From positions 16,718 to 80,717 of the forward strand of contig JBFWOZ010000010.1 in the NCBI GenBank assembly GCA_050250255.1: DNA of 64,000 nucleotides, given 5' to 3'. Source of the stretch: Bdellovibrionales bacterium (lineage in GTDB: Bacteria > Bdellovibrionota > Bdellovibrionia > Bdellovibrionales > DASUEL01). The notes below the pieces were generated by a model that saw only the letters and a program-made list of their open reading frames with translations, was not told the origin of the DNA and searched no databases. This document shows, in pieces, positions 38,014 to 49,092 of the stretch; position 1 is the stretch's first letter; the number at the start of each line of letters is the position of its first letter. The position numbers were made by a program, and so were the translations under genes.

Positions 38014-40803
38014 ATGGTGATGCAAACCTACTACGTTCCGTCTTTAGTAATTTTATCTATTGTCGTAGCAATTTTTGCCTCTTACGTGGCTTTAAATCTT
38101 GCCCATAGCGTTACGCAGGCAAGAGGTAGAGCTCAAGTCATTTGGTTGATTTGTGGTTCGCTGGCAATGGGCGTCGGTATTTGGAGCATGCATTTTGTTG
38201 GAATGCTGGCTTTTGAAATGCCGGGTATGGAAATGGCCTATGACGTTCCGCTCATGGCTCTTTCAGTGATGGTAGCGATTGCAGGCAGTGCGCTAGCTCT
38301 TTTTGTTGTGAGTCGACCACTTGTACATCAGGGATCACTCATTTCAGGTGGTATTGCCATGGCCGCAGCCATTTGCGGTATGCACTACATTGGCATGTAT
38401 TCCATGCGAATGGCCGCGACCATACAATGGAATCTCTATCTTGTTTTTCTCTCTGTGCTGATTGCATTGATGGCTTCTTTTGCGGCTCTGACCATTTCTA
38501 TTAAATTGAGAAACAAGCCTGACAGATTTTATCTCTTGTTTGCCGCGAGTGTATTAATGGGCTTTGCCATTTCGGGAATGCATTACACGGGCATGATTGC
38601 AGCAACGTTTATTCATGACGATTCTGTGAAAATTATTGAAAGTAATTTGTTAGTGACCTCAGGTCTCACGATCGTAGTGATGGTGACCACGGTGTTGATT
38701 TTAGGGCTCGCGCTCGCAAGCTCTATTGGTCAGAGAGTGCTAAGAATCTGGCAACGACAAAGTGAAGAAGTCCTAATTAACATCGAAGAGAAATATCGCC
38801 TCCTTGTTGAAGCTGTAAAAGATTATGCGATTTTTATGTTGGATACGAAGGGGTTTATCACCACCTGGAACGCCGGTGCGCAAAAAATTACGGGTTACAC
38901 TGCAGAGAAAATTATTGGGAAACACGTTTCCACTTTTTATACGAAAGAAGATCTCGTTGCAAATGTAGCGGTCTACGAGCTAGAGATAGCACAAAAAAAT
39001 GGCCACTTTGAAAATGAAGTGATTCGAGTAAGACGAGATGGCTCTCAGTATTGGGCGAATATCGTTATTGACCCTCTCTATGATAATCAGGAGAGACTCA
39101 CGGGATTTTCTAAGGTGGTACGTGATATCACGCAATTAAAAGAAGCTGCCGAGCACACAAGAAATATCAACGAAGAACTTGAAAAACGAGTCAAAGAGCG
39201 AACACTCGAATTGCAGGAAAGAGAATTACAATTACGTACAATTACGAATGCGATTCCTATTCTGGTGGCTCAATTGGATCGGAACGAAAATTTTTTGTTC
39301 GCGAATAATTCTTTCTGTGATTGGTTTCATTGTAGCCCAAATGAAATATCACAACGCACATTTCGCGAAATATTAGGACAAGAAAGATATCCGCAAAACA
39401 AAAAGTATATTGATAAAGCGCTCGCTGGAGAAATTGTCACTTACGAAAGAACTTCGAAAAGTGGTGATAGACAGGCAAATTTAAATATTACTTTTGTTCC
39501 AGAGTTTGGTCCCGACCAACAAGTGAAGGGGTTTATTGTCGTTGCAACGAACGTGACGAGATATAAAGAAATTGAATTGGAACTTAAAGGTGCGAAAGAG
39601 GCTGCAGAAGTAGCGAATGAAACAAAGAGCGCCTTTTTGGCAAACATGAGTCACGAAATACGCACTCCGCTCGGAGCCGTGCTTGGATTTTCTGAACTGA
39701 TATTGGATGAGACCATATCACCTTCAGAAAAAAACAATATGATTGAGGTGATTAAGCGTAACGGCAAACTGCTCTCCACAATTATTAATGATATTTTGGA
39801 TCTTTCTAAGGTGGAGGCCGGCAAACTTCAGGTAGAAAAAACAAACGTGCAACTTTTTGATCTGCTGAACGAAATCTCAGCGCTTCTGAATTTGGAAGCC
39901 AGCGGTAAGGGAATTCGATTAACGATTTCTTCGGAGGGACTTGTTCCTCAAGTAGTAAAGTCCGATTCGACACGCCTACGACAAATTCTCTTTAATATCG
40001 TGGGAAATGCCATTAAATTCACTTCAAGAGGTTCGGTGGATGTTCGCGTGATGCTCTCACCAACCGATGCCAGTAAGCTTGCTTTTTATGTCACTGACAC
40101 GGGAACGGGTGTAGATCCAGGGCATGCTCCAAAACTTTTTTCTCCATTCACCCAGGCCGATGTGACCACCACCAGAAAATTTGGTGGAACTGGACTTGGT
40201 TTAGTACTTTCTAAAAAACTAGCAAACGCTTTGGGTGGAGATGTGGTTCTAGAGAAAAGTGTACTGGGTCAAGGAAGTACATTTGTTATCACCATCGAAC
40301 ATGGGCAATCACAGAAAGTTCCTTTCGAAGGGTCAGAGGAAATTTGGCAAAAAGATTTTAAGATGCTGAATCTTTCGGTCCCGGAAGATAGGAAAAAACT
40401 TGCGTCCTCAAACATTTTGCTTGTGGACGACAGCCTCGACAACCTTTCGCTCATAACGAAAATGTTAAAAATTGTTGGCGCTAAAGTCGCAACCGCTTCG
40501 AATGGCAAAGAGGCGATTGAAAAAGCATTTCAGGAAGATTTTGATCTTGTTCTTATGGATTTGCAGATGCCCGAAATGGATGGTTATGAGGCCACGGCAG
40601 CGCTCAGGCAGAGTGGTTTTTCGAAGCCCATTATTGCTTTAACCGCACATGCGATGAAAGAAGAGCGCGAGCGTTGCTTAAGGAGTGGATTTAACGACCA
40701 TCTCACAAAACCGATTGATCGTGAGCGCTTAATGCACACTCTGTACGCATATCTGGGTGAAGAGCGATCGGGAAAGAAAGCCTCCGATCATCGTTTGGTG
40801 TAA
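38014..40803 (+). CDS. MHYT-PAS-PAS hybrid sensor histidine kinase/response regulator
   Basis: MHFVGM/MHYIGM/MHYTGM repeats, two PAS domains, FLANMSHEIRTPL, NAIKFT, GGTGLGL, C-terminal REC (MDLQMP). Confidence 0.92.
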   Translation: MVMQTYYVPSLVILSIVVAIFASYVALNLAHSVTQARGRAQVIWLICGSLAMGVGIWSMHFVGMLAFEMPGMEMAYDVPLMALSVMVAIAGSALALFVVSRPLVHQGSLISGGIAMAAAICGMHYIGMYSMRMAATIQWNLYLVFLSVLIALMASFAALTISIKLRNKPDRFYLLFAASVLMGFAISGMHYTGMIAATFIHDDSVKIIESNLLVTSGLTIVVMVTTVLILGLALASSIGQRVLRIWQRQSEEVLINIEEKYRLLVEAVKDYAIFMLDTKGFITTWNAGAQKITGYTAEKIIGKHVSTFYTKEDLVANVAVYELEIAQKNGHFENEVIRVRRDGSQYWANIVIDPLYDNQERLTGFSKVVRDITQLKEAAEHTRNINEELEKRVKERTLELQERELQLRTITNAIPILVAQLDRNENFLFANNSFCDWFHCSPNEISQRTFREILGQERYPQNKKYIDKALAGEIVTYERTSKSGDRQANLNITFVPEFGPDQQVKGFIVVATNVTRYKEIELELKGAKEAAEVANETKSAFLANMSHEIRTPLGAVLGFSELILDETISPSEKNNMIEVIKRNGKLLSTIINDILDLSKVEAGKLQVEKTNVQLFDLLNEISALLNLEASGKGIRLTISSEGLVPQVVKSDSTRLRQILFNIVGNAIKFTSRGSVDVRVMLSPTDASKLAFYVTDTGTGVDPGHAPKLFSPFTQADVTTTRKFGGTGLGLVLSKKLANALGGDVVLEKSVLGQGSTFVITIEHGQSQKVPFEGSEEIWQKDFKMLNLSVPEDRKKLASSNILLVDDSLDNLSLITKMLKIVGAKVATASNGKEAIEKAFQEDFDLVLMDLQMPEMDGYEATAALRQSGFSKPIIALTAHAMKEERERCLRSGFNDHLTKPIDRERLMHTLYAYLGEERSGKKASDHRLV

Positions 40804-40899
40804 GCCTTTGCGATGTCTCTGAAATTTCTGTTTTTAAACCTCGCGTCAAATAGGACCAACTTGACAAGAATTTGATTTTCCTGCTTTCTGACACTCAGT

Positions 40900-40975
40900 T
40901 CAGGAGTAGCTCAGTTGGTAGAGCAAGCGGCTGTTAACCGCTTGGTCGGGGGTTCGAGTCCCTCCTCCTGAGCCA
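40900..40975 (+). tRNA. tRNA-Asn (GTT)
   Basis: Acceptor TCAGGAG/CTCCTGA, anticodon loop CT-GTT-AA, GGTTCGAGTCC, encoded CCA. Confidence 0.97.
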
Positions 40976-40985
40976 TTATTCAATT

Positions 40986-41049
40986 AATACCGGTATCCCG
41001 GTATCCCGGTATCCCGGTATTCCCGTTACCTTGAATACATGGATCCCAG
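40986..41049. repeat. 8-bp-period tandem array (consensus about WATMCCGG)
   Basis: AATACCGG TATCCCGG TATCCCGG TATCCCGG TATTCCCG TTACCTTG AATACATG GATCCCAG. Confidence 0.8.
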
Positions 41050-41160
41050 TACGGAATACTGAGCCAGCCCTCCTCCTCTTCAAAAATAAACAGTGTCACT
41101 TTAGCTCAATTTGACATCCCACTAAAGTCTTACATACTCCCTAGATACAGGGGGGAAACC

Positions 41161-43131
41161 ATGACGTTCATTCGCCAAATTTTCTTAGGGGCACTTTTTT
41201 TCTCATTTGCGGTGACTTCAACCGCACAAGCTCAATCCACGCTGCCGATTCAATACGGAAATAAACAAATCGATCTCCTCTCCTTTATCGGTGCGGGTTT
41301 TTTGATCATGGCGATGGTGGATGAAAGAAACGATGACATCTATTGGATGCGTGACGCAATGAACTCTGTTGAAGTGATCAAAGTTGGTCGCACAGCGAGT
41401 GGCGGTTATGATGATACTAAATCCAAAATTGTTTTTGATTTAGGTCGACGAACAGTGATTCAGCCCCGCGGACGTTTCAATCCTCTTGATAATTTCTTTT
41501 ACTTTGTGACGGATAACAATTCCGATGAAACATATAATGTATTTCGTCTCGATCCTAAGAAACGCATTTTTCAACAGGTGAGTTATGCCGCTTATGCAGC
41601 GGCGTTTGAACTGAGCCAAAATCAAAAGCTTCTCTTTTATCATGGGCGCGACAACCCGCTTTCGGGAGAAGTGTGTTTGCGTGAGAAAAAGGCAGATTCC
41701 TCGAAAGCTGAAAAAAGACTCCTTTGTGATCACGAAGGTCTTCGCATTTATTTCTTCGTTGACCCTTTTATAGATCAGCAGGACCGTTACGTTGCCTCTT
41801 ATATGATTCGCGACGGGTTACGCACGAACGCAAATATCGGCATCTATGATCGTCAAACAAATACGGTGAAAACGGTTTATCCTCCAACAACAACGGGCCA
41901 AACGATTTCTATGCTCGATTGGGCTAATGGAGAATTTTATTTTGCGATGACAAGGCAGGGAATGACCGCGACATATGCCTATGATCCTGTAACGACAGCC
42001 ATCCGTATGGTTCGCCAACATACAGGTACAGTGCTCGGTGCCTACTCCAACAAATTGAAACTCTTAATGACTCAGGAGCCTGCAGGCGGCGGTACGAATG
42101 GCAATACGAATATGGTCTTTTACGACCCTATGAAGAAGGAAGTTGTGAAAGTCGCGAACATGGGCGGCTATACCTACGACATTTATACGCCACGGTTTGA
42201 AATGAAAGACGGAAGTCATTTCGCGCTCGTGCGACGTCAAGATTCGTTAACGAAAGCGCTCGCAAAAGTGTCGCCGAACGGGTCGATAGTGGTTCAACCA
42301 CTTTTTATTCCTGAAGTCGAAAAGAAGCTGAAGCAGTCTTGTGAGGTCGAGGATTTCACCTATGAAACATTCGACAAAGATTTGATGGGAGCGCAGAGGA
42401 AAATACATGGGGTTCTCTTTCGTCCACGAATTCCGGCGACAAAACCAGCAGCGGTGATTTTTGCTCATGGTGGACCAAGTAGTTCAACTACGAAATCCTA
42501 CAATATGTGGATTCAAAGTCTTTGTGAGGCGGGATATTTTGTATATGGACCGAACGTACGAGGAAGTACTGGTTACGGAAAAGAGTTTGAAGATCTCAAT
42601 AACAATGACTGGGCTGGCGGAGATGCACTTGATTACGAATACGCAAGACGGGCGATTCTTCAAAAATTCAATTTAGCTCCACAACGTGTAGGTATTTTGG
42701 GCGGAAGCTACGGTGGATACATGACAAACTGGGCGATGACCCGACCCAATAATCAATTTGCTTTTGGTGTGAATCACTATGGAATGTCGGATCTTTTCCT
42801 GGGCCTTGAAGGGAATACCGCAGATATGCAAATCGGAGAAATTGGAGATCCTCGTAAGTCAGAAGGAGTCAAAAGGTTTTACTCGGAACGCTCTCCAATT
42901 AATTGGGCGAAAGATTTAAAAAATCCATTTCTTTTGATTCATGGGGAAATGGATCGTCGTGTACACGTTGAGCATAGCCGTCGCTTTGCAACCGCATTAA
43001 CGCAAGAAAACAAAGTGTTCGAATATTACGAAGCAAAAGGTGAAGGCCATGGTTGGCGCTACTTAGGAGAAATCCAAAAGCTCTATCAGAAAACGTTTCA
43101 GTTCCTCTGGACTCACGCACCGACAGAATAA
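41161..43131 (+). CDS. Secreted S9 (prolyl oligopeptidase/acylaminoacyl peptidase) family peptidase
   Basis: Signal peptide, beta-propeller region, HGGP, NVRGSTGYG, GGSYGG, HGEMDRRV, EGHG. Confidence 0.9.
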   Translation: MTFIRQIFLGALFFSFAVTSTAQAQSTLPIQYGNKQIDLLSFIGAGFLIMAMVDERNDDIYWMRDAMNSVEVIKVGRTASGGYDDTKSKIVFDLGRRTVIQPRGRFNPLDNFFYFVTDNNSDETYNVFRLDPKKRIFQQVSYAAYAAAFELSQNQKLLFYHGRDNPLSGEVCLREKKADSSKAEKRLLCDHEGLRIYFFVDPFIDQQDRYVASYMIRDGLRTNANIGIYDRQTNTVKTVYPPTTTGQTISMLDWANGEFYFAMTRQGMTATYAYDPVTTAIRMVRQHTGTVLGAYSNKLKLLMTQEPAGGGTNGNTNMVFYDPMKKEVVKVANMGGYTYDIYTPRFEMKDGSHFALVRRQDSLTKALAKVSPNGSIVVQPLFIPEVEKKLKQSCEVEDFTYETFDKDLMGAQRKIHGVLFRPRIPATKPAAVIFAHGGPSSSTTKSYNMWIQSLCEAGYFVYGPNVRGSTGYGKEFEDLNNNDWAGGDALDYEYARRAILQKFNLAPQRVGILGGSYGGYMTNWAMTRPNNQFAFGVNHYGMSDLFLGLEGNTADMQIGEIGDPRKSEGVKRFYSERSPINWAKDLKNPFLLIHGEMDRRVHVEHSRRFATALTQENKVFEYYEAKGEGHGWRYLGEIQKLYQKTFQFLWTHAPTE

Positions 43132-43379
43132 AATCTGATATCGGAATTATTTGGATGGGCCCACAAACACGCTGAGATTGGCGCTTCCTGTTTTTAAAGT
43201 GACAATACCGTAAATCACTAAGCCCAATCCGACGAGAAGAGCAAAAATTTGAAGACGTAAAGTGAGATTCATTTGGCTTTCATTCTAGAATAAGAACCTA
43301 GACCTTCACACGAAAATATTTGTCGCCGCAACGCAGCTCCATGGATACTTTCAGGATGGGTTTTGGTAGGTTCCAGCGC

Positions 43380-44624
43380 ATGTTGAGAATGACCTTTTGC
43401 GCTTTATTTTTGATGACGTCCTCAGCTTTTGCGCAAACTCGCTCGCTCACTCTTGATGAGAGTTTTCAATTAGCCACGCAAAAAAATCAATCGGTCGCCA
43501 TTCAAGAATCAACTGTCGTGCGCGCTCGAGAAACGAAAGCCCAAGCTCGTGGCGCTGTTTTTCCTTCTCTTGCGGCAATTGGTGATTATACACGTCAGGA
43601 TATAAAAAACCTTCCGGCAACAAGCACCATCAAAGAAGATTCGACTTCGGCTCGACTTCATTTGAACCAATCTTTGTTTCGCGGATTTAGTGAATACGCG
43701 GCGATGAGATCAGCCTCTTCACTTGTTGAGCAAGAAGAATTCAATTTGAAAGACAGCAAAAACAATCTTTACGTCACTGTCGCTCGTTCGTTCTATCAAC
43801 TTTTGATTTATAAATCAGAAGATGAAAAATTAAAAAAACTTTTGGAACTGACGGATCGCCGGGTCGGGGAGCTTCGCAAACGCACAAGTGTGGGACGGAC
43901 ACGTCGAGGGGATTTGTTAACGGCACAATCACAGGCGGCTTCCTTAAAATCGCAAATTGCGGCCAACACGACGCTGCTTCAGCAAAGTCAGGCACAATTT
44001 GAAGCTCTCACAAATGTTTCATCACCTTCACTCGTCGATAACCTGTCTCTTCCTGAGCAAATGCCTCCACTCACGCAATACATTTCCAAAATTGAAGATC
44101 GTCCCGACATTGCGAGCTCCGCGATCCAAGCGAAGCGCGCTGACGAGAACGTGGCGATTTCAAAAGGTGGGCATTGGCCTCGTCTGGATTTGAGCGGAAA
44201 TTATTATTTGAAGCGTACAGGTTCTTTAGAAGATGTGAAGTGGGATGCGGGTCTTACGCTGACCGTTCCTCTCTTTGAAGGGGGTATCACGCAATCTCAA
44301 GTGCGCGAAGCTTCTCAGCTTTATTATGAGTCGCAGAAAACTCTTGAACTCAATCGTGAGTCCGCATCAGTGGAGCTCAAACAACTTCACTCCACCGCCG
44401 CGCAAGGGTTAGAGCAGATCAAATCTTTAAAAGAAGCCGTCGAGTTAGCGGAAGCCAATTATAGAGAACAGTCGAAAGATTACCGTTATGGTCTCACGAC
44501 AAATCTTGAAGTTTTTCAGTCGCTGAACTCTTACGTCGATCTCGAAAGAAATCTCGATAAGACGATTTACCAAACAAAAATTGCGATTGTGCAGCTAAAA
44601 GCTGCTTCAGGAGTCGTTCAGTGA
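43380..44624 (+). CDS. TolC family outer-membrane efflux protein
   Basis: Signal peptide, two OEP repeats (RPDI, VPLFEGG, YRYG); start uncertain. Confidence 0.85.
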   Translation: MLRMTFCALFLMTSSAFAQTRSLTLDESFQLATQKNQSVAIQESTVVRARETKAQARGAVFPSLAAIGDYTRQDIKNLPATSTIKEDSTSARLHLNQSLFRGFSEYAAMRSASSLVEQEEFNLKDSKNNLYVTVARSFYQLLIYKSEDEKLKKLLELTDRRVGELRKRTSVGRTRRGDLLTAQSQAASLKSQIAANTTLLQQSQAQFEALTNVSSPSLVDNLSLPEQMPPLTQYISKIEDRPDIASSAIQAKRADENVAISKGGHWPRLDLSGNYYLKRTGSLEDVKWDAGLTLTVPLFEGGITQSQVREASQLYYESQKTLELNRESASVELKQLHSTAAQGLEQIKSLKEAVELAEANYREQSKDYRYGLTTNLEVFQSLNSYVDLERNLDKTIYQTKIAIVQLKAASGVVQ

Positions 44625-47600
44625 AATCTCCCTTAAAATCGTCGGGACTTTCGGATATTGCCATTCGTAATCCTGTTTTTACGTGGATGATCATGGCGTC
44701 CCTCATCCTATTTGGAGGGATTTCTTTTAGCCGCATGGGCGTGAGTCAACTCCCAGATGTCGACTTTCCAAATGTGAATATCAGTTATGCTTTAGAAGGT
44801 GCCGCGCCTGAGGTGATGGAAACCACCGTAGTGGATCCGGTGGAAGATGTGTTGATGTCGATTGCGGGCATTGAAAATATCTCCTCTACCGCACGTAGCG
44901 GAAGTGCGAGTATCAATTTAGAATTTGATCTTAATAAAAATATCGACGTCGCCGTTCAAGAAGTACAAACTGCTTTGGGTCGTGCTCAAAGACGTCTGCC
45001 CGCGGACGTTGAACCTGCGGTCATCACAAAATCCAATCCTGAAGACCAGCCGATCATGTGGCTCGGTGTAAGCACCGACCGTATGGAAACGCCAGAGTTT
45101 ATGGCCTACGTACGCGACCATTTAAAAGATAAGTTTTCGACAGTTCCTGGGGTGACGGAAGTGTTTTTGGGGGGCTATGTTGATCCGGCGCTTCGAGTTT
45201 GGATTTCTGCAAAGAAGCTTAACCAGTACTCGCTTACAGTAGATGATGTTCTCAACACGATTAGTACAGAGAGCGTGGAGCTGCCGTCTGGGCGAATCGA
45301 AACTCACGAAAAAGAAATCAATGTTCGTACTCTTGGTGAGGCCAACACCGCTGAGGGATTTAGAAAACTTGTAATCAGTCGACGTGGTGGTGGCGCGAAT
45401 TACAATCCCATCACTTTAGGGCAAGTCACCATTGTGGAAGATGGCCTCAGCGACATTCGTCGTAAAAGTCGTATCATGGGAAAGCCTGCTATTGGGTTAG
45501 GAATTCGTAAGCAGCGCGGTTCTAACGCCGTCGGTGTAGGCGATGCCGTTCTTAAACGAATGGAAGAAGTAAAAAAGCAATTACCTGAAGGTATGCAAAT
45601 CGGGGTGAACTTTGATGGAACGAAGTTCATACGAGAATCCGTTCGAGAATTAAACATGACTCTTCTCGAAGCGGGTCTTCTCACAGCGCTTGTGTGTTGG
45701 CTGTTCTTAGGAAGTTGGACTGCGACTCTCAACGTAATTCTTGCGATTCCAACTTCCATTGTAGGGACTTTCATTATTCTCTACGCATTAGGTTTTACGC
45801 TGAACACCTTTACGCTTCTTGGTCTTTCTCTTGCGATTGGTATCGTTGTGGATGATGCCATCATGGTGCTAGAAAACATCGTTCGCCATCGGGAGTTGGG
45901 GAAAAGTAAACTTGAGTCGGCAACCATTGGCGCACGCGAAATTTATTTTGCCGCCCTTTCGGCAACGGTAGCCATTATTGCGATTTTCTTACCGGTGGCT
46001 TTTATGAAGGGCCTCATCGGTAAATACTTTTTTGAATTTGGAATCACAATTTCCGTCGCCGTGGCTCTTTCTCTCTTGGAAGCCTTAACACTTACGCCAA
46101 TGCGCTGTTCACAGTTTTTAAAAGTGGAACACCGTACGACTCGCATTGGGCGTTTTGTAGAAAATGCTTTTCAAAGTTTAGCGGCCTCTTACCAGAAACT
46201 TTTGCCTTTTCTTTTGCGTCATCGAGTCGTGACTCTCTTGCTAGCATTAGTTGTGTTTTTGGCGTCGCTTCCGATCGCGAAGTTTCTTTCTAAAGAGTTT
46301 GTACCGCCGCAAGATCAAGGAACCTTGATGGTTCGCCTGCAGGCCCCAGAAGGTTCTTCACTGGATTACACCGATGCCAAAGTCATGGAACTCGAGAAAA
46401 TCTTAAGTTCCAAGCCTGAAGTGGAGCGCTACTTTGTTTCCGTAGGTGGGTTCGGTGGCGGTCAGGTAAATACCGCTATGGCCTTCATCACTCTTAAGCC
46501 GAAGAACAAAAGAACTATTTCACAACAGGATTTAGCAGAAGTCCTCAGAGCTGAATTTAAAAACATCAAGGGGGCTCGTGTTTTTGTTCAAGATCCAAGC
46601 TTGAGCGGATTTGGTGGAGGCAGAAGTTTTCCGGTGGATGTCTCTTTGCGCGGCCCTGATTGGACAAAACTGGGTGAGCTTTCAACACAGATGAAAGAGG
46701 AAATGGAAAAGACGGGCATTATGGTGGATGTGGACTCAGATTTCCGTAGCGGAATGCCTGAAGTGCAAGTGATTCCTGACCGAGAAAAAGCAAGATTATA
46801 TGGCGTGAGTTTTATGGATATTAATAAAACTATCAACTCTCTCATTGGTGGTTCCCTTGCAGGGCAATTTTCTCGCGACGGTCGTCGTTACGACGTACGT
46901 GTACGGTTGTTAGCGGACGAACGGGATGAGACCACTTCGATCACAAGACTTTTTGTGAGAAATAATCGAGGTGAGCTCATTCCGCTTTCTTCAATCGTGA
47001 AGATCGAAGAAAAAACCAGTCTTCAATCGGTCTCGAGAAAAAATCGTGAGCGCGCAATCAGCGTTTACTCCAACTTAAAGCCTGGCACTTCTCAAACAGA
47101 TGCGATTACAAAGGTTCAGGAGATTGCCAATAGAATTCTCCCTAAAGAATACAACATAGTTGTGGGTGGAAGCAGTCAAACTTTTCAGGAGTCAATGCAG
47201 AGTTTGATTTTTGCACTTGTCTTGGGATTACTTGTTTCCTACATGGTCCTTGCTTCGCAGTTTAATAGTTTTATTGATCCGATAACGGTTCTTCTCGCGC
47301 TTCCGTTTAGCGTAACCGGAGCATTTATTTTTCTTCTTATCGGTGGTCAGTCGATCAATATCTACAGCATGATCGGAATTATTTTGTTAATGGGTATCGT
47401 AAAGAAGAATTCTATTCTCCTTGTAGACTTCACGAATCAAGCTCGCGATCAAGGAAAAGACATTCATCATGCTCTTATCGATGCGTGCCCTACAAGACTT
47501 CGTCCCATCCTCATGACGTCTTTTGCAACCATTGCGGGTGCTTTACCGGCCGCTCTTTCTCTCGGAGCGGGAGCCGAAACACGCGTCCCGATGGCTATGT

Positions 47601-47707
47601 CGGTGATAGGCGGGGTTTTGGTTTCGACTTTTCTCACGTTACTCGTGGTGCCTTGTTTTTATAGCTTAGTATCCCCAAAGCATCGTCGCCAGATTCAATT
47701 AGATTAA
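44621..47707 (+). CDS. RND efflux transporter permease (AcrB/D/F family)
   Basis: PDVDFP, GIVVDDAIMVLENI, GIVKKNSILLV, RLRPILMTS. Confidence 0.95.
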   Translation: MKSPLKSSGLSDIAIRNPVFTWMIMASLILFGGISFSRMGVSQLPDVDFPNVNISYALEGAAPEVMETTVVDPVEDVLMSIAGIENISSTARSGSASINLEFDLNKNIDVAVQEVQTALGRAQRRLPADVEPAVITKSNPEDQPIMWLGVSTDRMETPEFMAYVRDHLKDKFSTVPGVTEVFLGGYVDPALRVWISAKKLNQYSLTVDDVLNTISTESVELPSGRIETHEKEINVRTLGEANTAEGFRKLVISRRGGGANYNPITLGQVTIVEDGLSDIRRKSRIMGKPAIGLGIRKQRGSNAVGVGDAVLKRMEEVKKQLPEGMQIGVNFDGTKFIRESVRELNMTLLEAGLLTALVCWLFLGSWTATLNVILAIPTSIVGTFIILYALGFTLNTFTLLGLSLAIGIVVDDAIMVLENIVRHRELGKSKLESATIGAREIYFAALSATVAIIAIFLPVAFMKGLIGKYFFEFGITISVAVALSLLEALTLTPMRCSQFLKVEHRTTRIGRFVENAFQSLAASYQKLLPFLLRHRVVTLLLALVVFLASLPIAKFLSKEFVPPQDQGTLMVRLQAPEGSSLDYTDAKVMELEKILSSKPEVERYFVSVGGFGGGQVNTAMAFITLKPKNKRTISQQDLAEVLRAEFKNIKGARVFVQDPSLSGFGGGRSFPVDVSLRGPDWTKLGELSTQMKEEMEKTGIMVDVDSDFRSGMPEVQVIPDREKARLYGVSFMDINKTINSLIGGSLAGQFSRDGRRYDVRVRLLADERDETTSITRLFVRNNRGELIPLSSIVKIEEKTSLQSVSRKNRERAISVYSNLKPGTSQTDAITKVQEIANRILPKEYNIVVGGSSQTFQESMQSLIFALVLGLLVSYMVLASQFNSFIDPITVLLALPFSVTGAFIFLLIGGQSINIYSMIGIILLMGIVKKNSILLVDFTNQARDQGKDIHHALIDACPTRLRPILMTSFATIAGALPAALSLGAGAETRVPMAMSVIGGVLVSTFLTLLVVPCFYSLVSPKHRRQIQLD

Positions 47708-47762
47708 TTCTATTTCGGCATTACTTCTGCAAGCTTAGCTCTGTAGCTGTGGAAGTAGTTTT

Positions 47763-48962
47763 ATGCGTAACCAAATCAAATTGAACCCATATTTAGATGT
47801 AAAATCTTTCTTGGTGCCCTTCTTGGGCTCTCTCGCGCAGCGCTTTGACATGGGTTTGATCAGCGGAGTTTTGACCCTTCTTTTCTTTGTAACATCCTCT
47901 TTTGCAATTGCGGACGACAGGGAGGCACTCAATTTACCTCTAGTTGAAGTCAAGGTCGTAGCTCCCAATGGTATGCCAGTGACTGTGAAGATGGTGACTG
48001 CTGAAAGAGATGAAACCACTCTCCTGCTCCTGGCTGAGCAGCAGCGGTTACGTAACGATCCTGATGCAAAGAGCATTTTTGTTCTTTCCGATCTAGAGAA
48101 TAAAGCGCGTATCGCGGAGGAACTTCAGGTCACTGGAAAAAGCGTCGTTGTAGATGCGGGAGATGCGCCTTCTCAAAATGGTGTTATTACCCGTAGAGAC
48201 AGAGTGGAAGCGGCCGTGTTTTTATCTATCACGACGGGGATCACAACTTTTTCTCTCGTGACTCTCTCTGGAATGTCTTTAAGAGACGGGTTAGTGACTT
48301 CGGCGGTAAATTCGGCCCTCGGCTTGCTCAACATCGTTGATCCCAATTGGTGGGTGAAGCTGATCGGTTTTTCAAAAAACAAAATTTTAACCGCAGCGGG
48401 AGTGGCTCTTGAACCGATTCGTATGAAAGACAAAATGATTCATGGGATTGTTGGTCTTTTAACCCTCTATCCTTATTCATTAATCACATCAATAGGGAAG
48501 AGAATTGCTACGAATCACTGGACTCAACCACAACGCTTGCTCAGTGATTTACCGGGAGTCGTTGCGTATGATTTAATTACGGGCACATGGACTCTCGTTT
48601 TTGAACGTTGGCGCACAATGAAAAACTCACCCTTTACAGAATCACAAATCGCCCGTTTTCAGAATATAAGATACGTGATATCGGCATTGATCGTGCCTTT
48701 AATTTATTTTGAAAGTTCCAAGCCTGCTATTCCTCATCTCCCAGAAATCTATTTCGGTGTGATGGCTGTTTCGGGTTTTGGGGCCTATGTCATCACAGAA
48801 GCTTACGCGAACAAAAATGGGGAATACAAAATGTCCCAAATTCCTTCTTACCTTGTCAGAAGTTGGATGAATGAAGCGAGCAAATTACTAGATACAGATA
48901 GGCTTCCAGCACTTAGACCGCGTGGTCACAGCTGCACAGTGCTCAACATCTATTCCCGCTAA
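47763..48962 (+). CDS. Hypothetical membrane protein
   Basis: 399-aa ORF with several hydrophobic segments; true start may be 47850. Confidence 0.6.
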   Translation: MRNQIKLNPYLDVKSFLVPFLGSLAQRFDMGLISGVLTLLFFVTSSFAIADDREALNLPLVEVKVVAPNGMPVTVKMVTAERDETTLLLLAEQQRLRNDPDAKSIFVLSDLENKARIAEELQVTGKSVVVDAGDAPSQNGVITRRDRVEAAVFLSITTGITTFSLVTLSGMSLRDGLVTSAVNSALGLLNIVDPNWWVKLIGFSKNKILTAAGVALEPIRMKDKMIHGIVGLLTLYPYSLITSIGKRIATNHWTQPQRLLSDLPGVVAYDLITGTWTLVFERWRTMKNSPFTESQIARFQNIRYVISALIVPLIYFESSKPAIPHLPEIYFGVMAVSGFGAYVITEAYANKNGEYKMSQIPSYLVRSWMNEASKLLDTDRLPALRPRGHSCTVLNIYSR

Positions 48963-49025
48963 AATTGGGGACGGAGCACCCAACATGGGCCTAAAATTTC
49001 TTATAAAATATTGATATTACTTAAT

Positions 49026-49087
49026 TAAAACAATCGTTCAAATTATTCAAACAGACGATTGACCATGTCAAACAGTTGTTTGATAAT
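49026..49087 (+). promoter_or_regulatory. Sigma-70 promoter overlapped by three 16-bp TetR-type operator repeats
   Basis: TAAAACAATCGTTCAA (49026), TCAAACAGACGATTGA (49047), TCAAACAGTTGTTTGA (49068); -35 TTGACC 49059, 17-bp spacer, -10 GATAAT 49082. Confidence 0.75.
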
Positions 49088-49092
49088 GGGGC

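Noticed and set aside
40986..41049. Possible CRISPR array
   Set aside because: Period is 8 bp with no unique spacers and no cas genes in the window.
41059..41077. Partial tRNA-Asn 3' duplication (CTGAGCCA, CCCTCCTCCT) as an att site
   Set aside because: Matches are 8-10 bp, in swapped order, and no integrase is nearby.
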